From NCBI GenBank assembly GCA_041576165.1, contig JBFGLM010000010.1, forward strand, positions 1 through 64,000: DNA of 64,000 bases, in the 5' to 3' direction. Positions 59,322 through 64,000 of the stretch are shown one piece after another; position 1 is the first letter of the stretch; each line of letters begins with the position of its first letter. This DNA is from Acidimicrobiia bacterium. GTDB taxonomy: Bacteria > Actinomycetota > Acidimicrobiia > Spongiisociales > Spongiisociaceae. The position numbers and the translations under genes are program-made. The notes beneath the pieces were generated by a model, which had not been told where the DNA came from, made no database searches, and worked only from the letters and a program-made list of their open reading frames with translations.

Positions 59322-60323
59322 ATGACGGGCAAAATCATCGACGTCCACAGTCACATCGTCCCGCCGAGACTCGCTGCCGCAGCGCAGCACGGCGGCCGGC
59401 ACTACGGACTGGAGTTCGGCCGAGACGAACAGGGCAAGGTGACCAGCCGCTCGGGTGATGGTCCCGCCTTTGCCCTGCCCTGGCCGACCCCGCTGGAGAC
59501 TCCCGCCGACCGTATCGAGTCGATGGACGCAATGGGCGTCGACGTGCAATTGCTGTCGCTGAGCCCCAGCATGCACTGGTACAACGTGAGTCCTGAGGAC
59601 GGTTTGGCCCTGGCGGTCGATACTAACGACGACATCGCCGCCATCGTCGCTGGAGATCCTGATCGCTACCGAGGGCTGGCCTTTCTGCCGTTGCAGGATG
59701 CTGAAGCCGCGATCGGCGAACTCGAGCGCTGTATGCGCGACCTTGGATTCGCCGGCACACTCGTCGGGACCAACGTGAACGGCGTCGATTGGGACGCACC
59801 CGACTTGTATCCAGTGCTCGAAGCTGCCCGTGATCTCGACGCGCTCGTCTTTGTGCACCCGGCGCGTGGTCGCGGGAATCCATTCTTGACCCGCTACCAC
59901 CTGAAGAACCTCATCGGGAATCCGATGGAGACCTCCGTTGCACTCGCCAGCCTCATTTTCGGCGGTGTGCTGGACAGGCTCGGTGAGGCGAAACTCTGCT
60001 TTGCGCACGGCGGCGGCTACGGGTGCCTCGGCATCGCCCGGATGGACCACGGCCAGCGGGTGCGGGCCGAAGCCCAAGGCATCAGCCGGTTGCCGTCCGA
60101 CTATCTGAAGGGCCTCTATTTCGACTCGCTGGTGCACGGGCACCACGCCCTTGACCACATCATCGGCCTCGCCGGCATCGACCGGATCGTTCTCGGAAGC
60201 GACTACCCCGCCGACATGGGCGAGCCGGACCCGGTGGGCTTCATACGGTCGCATCCCACGCTGTCGGAGGAGGCGCAATGGAAGATCCTGTCCGAGAACC
60301 TCACCGGCCTGCTGGGAGCCTGA
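59322..60323 (+). CDS. Amidohydrolase_2 family protein
   Basis: IDVHSH, FVHP, NLIGNP, HGGGY, GSDYPADM. Confidence 0.88.
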   Translation: MTGKIIDVHSHIVPPRLAAAAQHGGRHYGLEFGRDEQGKVTSRSGDGPAFALPWPTPLETPADRIESMDAMGVDVQLLSLSPSMHWYNVSPEDGLALAVDTNDDIAAIVAGDPDRYRGLAFLPLQDAEAAIGELERCMRDLGFAGTLVGTNVNGVDWDAPDLYPVLEAARDLDALVFVHPARGRGNPFLTRYHLKNLIGNPMETSVALASLIFGGVLDRLGEAKLCFAHGGGYGCLGIARMDHGQRVRAEAQGISRLPSDYLKGLYFDSLVHGHHALDHIIGLAGIDRIVLGSDYPADMGEPDPVGFIRSHPTLSEEAQWKILSENLTGLLGA

Positions 60324-60391
60324 GCCATGCCCGGCCATGCCGTTGGAGATCGACCAGCCACCCGTGATCGCACCTACATGGAGGACGTGGA

Positions 60392-60793
60392 ATGAGTCAA
60401 AGCCTGGCTGAGGAGTTCGCGGCGCGGCGCGGCAGACGCTACCCGGCCCATGCCTGGATCGCCGAGCGTTTTCCGGAGTACGTGGAGACGATGCTCCGAC
60501 TGGACGAGATCATCAGGCGCCGACCCCGGCGGTTTGATGAGAAAGGCCACGAGCTGTTCCATATCGTCGCTTTGGCGGTCATGGGTTCGAACCCACACAA
60601 CCAGCCACATCTCACCCAGCACATCAAGAAGGCGCTGCAGCTCGGCGCTCATCCTGAAGAGATCGCCGAGGCGCTGATGGTGGCTGTGAACCCGGCCGGT
60701 GCCAGAGTGCTCACCTACGGAGTCACCTGCATGCTGGAGGCGATCGAAGAGCTGGAAGCGGAGGGATGGACCCAGGAGGACGCGACCGGATGA
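60392..60793 (+). CDS. Carboxymuconolactone decarboxylase family protein
   Basis: EL...ALAV, HIKKALQLGAHPEEIAEAL; GGAGG RBS. Confidence 0.8.
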   Translation: MSQSLAEEFAARRGRRYPAHAWIAERFPEYVETMLRLDEIIRRRPRRFDEKGHELFHIVALAVMGSNPHNQPHLTQHIKKALQLGAHPEEIAEALMVAVNPAGARVLTYGVTCMLEAIEELEAEGWTQEDATG

Positions 60794-61794
60794 GCCGCCA
60801 TACCAACGTCATCGACGTTCACGCCCACCTGCTGCCGCGGTCGGCGATCGCAGCGGGCGAAGCCGGTGAGATGTGGTACGGATCACGGCTCGAGATCGAT
60901 GGTTCGGGCCGGCCCCACGTCGTCACGGGCGACTATCGAGTGGGGATGGGTGGCAAGGCCCACCTCGAGCCCATGGAACGGCGACTCGAGCAGATGGATG
61001 AGGCCGGCGTCGACATCCAAGTGCTGTCTTTGAATCCAATTCTGTTCCGCTACTACCTCGATCCAGGACTCGCCGCCGACGCGGCGGTAGCCGTGAACGA
61101 TGAGATCGCCGGTTATGCCGCGAAATGGCCGGACCGGTTCCTCGGTTTTGGGGCGCTGCCGCTGCAGAGTCCCGACCGGGCAGTCAAAGAGCTCGAGCGA
61201 GTGATGGCGATCCCGGGGATGGTGGGGGCCGCAGTCGGCAGTCATGTCGACGGTGCCAACTGGGACGAGCCCCACCTCTTTGATGTGCTTGCCGCCGCGC
61301 AAGATTTGAATGCCGCGGTGTTTCTTCACCCGTCGGCCTCCCGACTGAAAGACGCCTTGCCGCGATATCACATGCGGAATTACATCGCGAACCCCACGGA
61401 GACGACCATTGCCATCGGCTCGTTGATCTTCGGCGGCGTGTACGACCGATTGTCCGATCTGAGGATGGTTTTCGCCCATGGGGGAGGCTATGCGTGCTGG
61501 GGCTCATCCCGATTCGACCACGGCTACAAAGTCCGGCCTGAAGCGCGCGAGCACGCCGGCTTGTTCCCGTCCGAGTACTTGCAGCGGATGTGGTTCGACT
61601 CTTTGGTCCATGGGTACCTGAATCTGCGCCACCTCGTCGACGTGGTGGGAATCGACCGAGTGGTGCTGGGCACCGACTTCCCGGCGGATATGGGCCAGCC
61701 CGACCCGGTGGCCTGGATCGAGGGGAGCGACCTCGATGCGGGCGAGCAGGCGGCAGTGCTGGGAGGCAACGCCACCGATTTGCTTAGACTATGA
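60790..61794 (+). CDS. Amidohydrolase_2 family protein
   Basis: IDVHAH, FLHP, HGGGY, GTDFPADM. Confidence 0.88.
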   Translation: MSRHTNVIDVHAHLLPRSAIAAGEAGEMWYGSRLEIDGSGRPHVVTGDYRVGMGGKAHLEPMERRLEQMDEAGVDIQVLSLNPILFRYYLDPGLAADAAVAVNDEIAGYAAKWPDRFLGFGALPLQSPDRAVKELERVMAIPGMVGAAVGSHVDGANWDEPHLFDVLAAAQDLNAAVFLHPSASRLKDALPRYHMRNYIANPTETTIAIGSLIFGGVYDRLSDLRMVFAHGGGYACWGSSRFDHGYKVRPEAREHAGLFPSEYLQRMWFDSLVHGYLNLRHLVDVVGIDRVVLGTDFPADMGQPDPVAWIEGSDLDAGEQAAVLGGNATDLLRL

Positions 61795-62732
61795 CTCCGA
61801 CCACTGGGCCTGCCCGACCTTCGATCGACGCGTATTTGCCGGAATCGGCGGAGCGTTTGCGGCAGCTCTTCGAGCGCCTTGACCGGCACTTTGCGGGCGT
61901 CTGGGCTACTCACCTGTCGCGATTGCTCGCCCGGGACCAGCTCGATGCTCACACTCGATTCTTGGTGCTGACCGCGCAATACACGGTGACCGAACGGACC
62001 GCCCAGTTGGAGGAGAACCTGAATGCGGCGCTGACCGCGGGGGTGCCGGCCTTCGAACTACTCGAGATCATTCTGCAGACGTACGTGTACACCGGGCCGT
62101 GGGTGGTCTCCGGCGCATGCGATGCATTCGAGCGCGTCCTGGCCGGACGGGGCGAGGACGCAGCCAAGCTCTCTCCCGACGTGGGACGTGAGCGCCGGCT
62201 GGACGCCGAGCAGGACACCTGGTCTGACGCCGATCGAGCCGATCCTCGACTGGCTCTACTGCTTGAACGGTATGGCTGGCAGGGCATCTCGAATGGGCTA
62301 CGGCTGCGACCTGGCCATCACATCAACATGCTCGCCACGCTCGACGCACTGGACCCGGAGTTCCTCGAAACCTGGCTAGATGCCGTGTACGAAGGCATGT
62401 ACGGACGGGGAGTGCTGGAGGACCGGATCCGGCTGCTGTGCGTTGTTGGTGCGACGCTGGCACTGGGCGAGACTCACCAATCGCGCCGGCATATGCGCGC
62501 CGCCCTGCGGACCGGCGCCACGCCCAGGGAGGTGTTGGAGGTGATCTTTCTCACAACGGCGTTCTTCGGGCACCCCCACGTCATGCCGGCCGCGTTCGAC
62601 GACCTGGTCTTGATCGCTGACGATGAGGGTCGACTCTCGGAACTGATCGAACCCGGTCGTATTCCCGACGTGATGCGCATCGTTTCCGCCCGGGTGGCCC
62701 GACGCGCCGGGGTCCAGGACGGCATCACGTGA
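61791..62732 (+). CDS. Tandem-domain carboxymuconolactone decarboxylase family protein
   Basis: Two CMD-like units (AALTAGV...ELLEIILQ...YTG and HMRAALRTGATPREVLEVI...FFG). Confidence 0.75.
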   Translation: MTPTTGPARPSIDAYLPESAERLRQLFERLDRHFAGVWATHLSRLLARDQLDAHTRFLVLTAQYTVTERTAQLEENLNAALTAGVPAFELLEIILQTYVYTGPWVVSGACDAFERVLAGRGEDAAKLSPDVGRERRLDAEQDTWSDADRADPRLALLLERYGWQGISNGLRLRPGHHINMLATLDALDPEFLETWLDAVYEGMYGRGVLEDRIRLLCVVGATLALGETHQSRRHMRAALRTGATPREVLEVIFLTTAFFGHPHVMPAAFDDLVLIADDEGRLSELIEPGRIPDVMRIVSARVARRAGVQDGIT

Positions 62733-62802
62733 TCGAGCTCTGAATCCCGGCCCCGCTTGGTGGGTCCAACCGGATGGGTCCTGGACAGGCGCGAGCGTGG
62801 TT

Positions 62803-62865
62803 TCCTCCCTGAGCGGGGGAGGTGGGTGAGGCGACCGTAGGGAGCCGAACCCGGAGGGGGAGCGC
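62803..62865 (+). repeat. Conserved structured element upstream of DUF222-HNH copy 2
   Basis: CCTCCC/GGGAGG hairpin, then GGGT-GA-GGC-GA-CC-GTA-GG-GA-GCC-GA-ACCC. Confidence 0.72.
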
Positions 62866-62930
62866 GGCCTGGCGATCTAGATGCGCCCTTCCTGAGATTT
62901 CTCCCGGATCTGGGGTCAGGGGTCTAGAAA

Positions 62931-62967
62931 TGTCGTGCCGGTCCGGTATGATCGAACACATGTTCGA
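62931..62967 (+). promoter_or_regulatory. DNA-damage promoter: TGTC-N12-TATGAT plus LexA box TCGAACACATGTTCGA
   Basis: Same geometry as 45379-45415; SOS box at 62952-62967. Confidence 0.82.
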
Positions 62968-64000
62968 CATACGGAAACGGCCAACCGAGACCGGCGAACG
63001 CACCCTCGATTCGCTCGAACAGGAACTGGTTGCGCTGGAAGGCCTGATCGGCCAAGCCCGCTCCCGCCAAACCGTGTTGATCGCCGAACTGGACCGGGCG
63101 CAGGTGGCCACCGCCGATGGGTGCCGCAGCCTGCAGGAATGGGTAACCGGCCGCCTCGACGTGTCGGCCGCCACCGCCAAGGAGTTGGTTGCCGTATGCC
63201 ACACCGCCCCGGACATGGTCACCGACGGGCTCCAGGCGGGAACCATGTCGTTTGACCGGGCGGTGGCCACCTCCCACCTCGCCGCCCAGGTGGCGGACGA
63301 CGACGTGCTGGAGGGGTCGCTGGGTTGGGATATCGCCGGGGTGCGCCGCCTGGCCGCCAAACACCGCCGCCTCACCCCCACCGACGAACCCAACGCCCAC
63401 GCCTCCCGCGGTCTGTCGATCCAGCCGTCCTTGGACAACCAGACGGCCACTCTGTGGGCCACCCTGGTCGGCCCTGACGCCACCACCGTGCTCGACGGCC
63501 TCCTGGCGGTGGCCGATGACCTGCCGCTGCTCCCGGACGGCACCCGGGACAGCTTGTCGCGCCGCCAGGCCGACGCTCTCGTCGCGCTCTGCGCCCACGC
63601 CCTCACCACAGACGAAAACGGCCCGTCAGGGGGTGATCGGGGTCCGACGCTGCTGGTCACCACCGACCTCGACCACTTGGTAGCAACCGGCGGTCAGGTC
63701 GGCGCCGAGGTCGTCGGTGGGTTACGTATCGGCCTCCAACGGCTGGAGGAGGTCTTCTGCAACGGGATTGTGAACCTCAACCTGCGGCTCACCGACGGTC
63801 GTATCCTCGCGGCCGATGGGCATCAGCCGATCCCGCCCCGCACCCGCCAACACGTGTTAGCCCGGGACGGGGCCTGCACCGCGGCGGGCTGTCGCAGTCG
63901 GCACCGCCTCCAAGTCCACCACATCACTCCCCGCAGCCAAGGCGGCAGCCACCACCCCGACAATCTCACCACCGTTTGCTGGTATCACCATCATGTTGTC
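62960..64000 (+). CDS. DUF222 HNH endonuclease, copy 2 (runs off the window end; absent from the ORF track)
   Basis: MFDIRKRPTETGERTLDSLEQELVALEG... collinear with copy 1 through RDGACTAAGC and NLTTVCWYHH. Confidence 0.88.
   Translation, partial: MFDIRKRPTETGERTLDSLEQELVALEGLIGQARSRQTVLIAELDRAQVATADGCRSLQEWVTGRLDVSAATAKELVAVCHTAPDMVTDGLQAGTMSFDRAVATSHLAAQVADDDVLEGSLGWDIAGVRRLAAKHRRLTPTDEPNAHASRGLSIQPSLDNQTATLWATLVGPDATTVLDGLLAVADDLPLLPDGTRDSLSRRQADALVALCAHALTTDENGPSGGDRGPTLLVTTDLDHLVATGGQVGAEVVGGLRIGLQRLEEVFCNGIVNLNLRLTDGRILAADGHQPIPPRTRQHVLARDGACTAAGCRSRHRLQVHHITPRSQGGSHHPDNLTTVCWYHHHVV

Noticed and set aside
45239-64000. Composite transposon bounded by the two HNH genes
   Set aside because: The copies are clearly diverged, there is no transposase or target duplication, and the shared operator occurs both inside and outside the interval.

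Overview
A high-GC actinobacterial window, probably Acidimicrobiia. That placement is inferred from the SLH-protein style, the actinobacterial LexA boxes and the DUF222-HNH genes. There are three parts. (1) 0.5-19.4 kb is a surface-polysaccharide locus with GT4s, ugd, a flippase, a priming transferase, a Wzz/Wzc-like protein and two sulfotransferases. It also holds three odd kinase-like genes and an in-frame pyruvate kinase/ATP sulfurylase fusion, the most striking feature. (2) 19.5-62.7 kb is a catabolic region of unknown substrate with heavy paralogue expansion (7 amidohydrolases, 5 Gfo/Idh/MocA, 3 CMD, 2 ApbA, a sugar ABC transporter). Six of its promoter regions share a quasi-palindromic operator, TRYATnATRYA. 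Unrelated genes are interspersed (SLH, His kinase, TIR-TPR, adenylate cyclase, ABC exporter). (3) Two diverged DUF222-HNH elements each carry a LexA box, a PafBC-type promoter motif and a conserved upstream hairpin with tandem G.A mismatches. A plastic zone at 45-49.8 kb includes a deletion scar and a 269-bp direct repeat. No rRNA, tRNA or CRISPR array was seen. All product calls come from motif recognition, not database searches.
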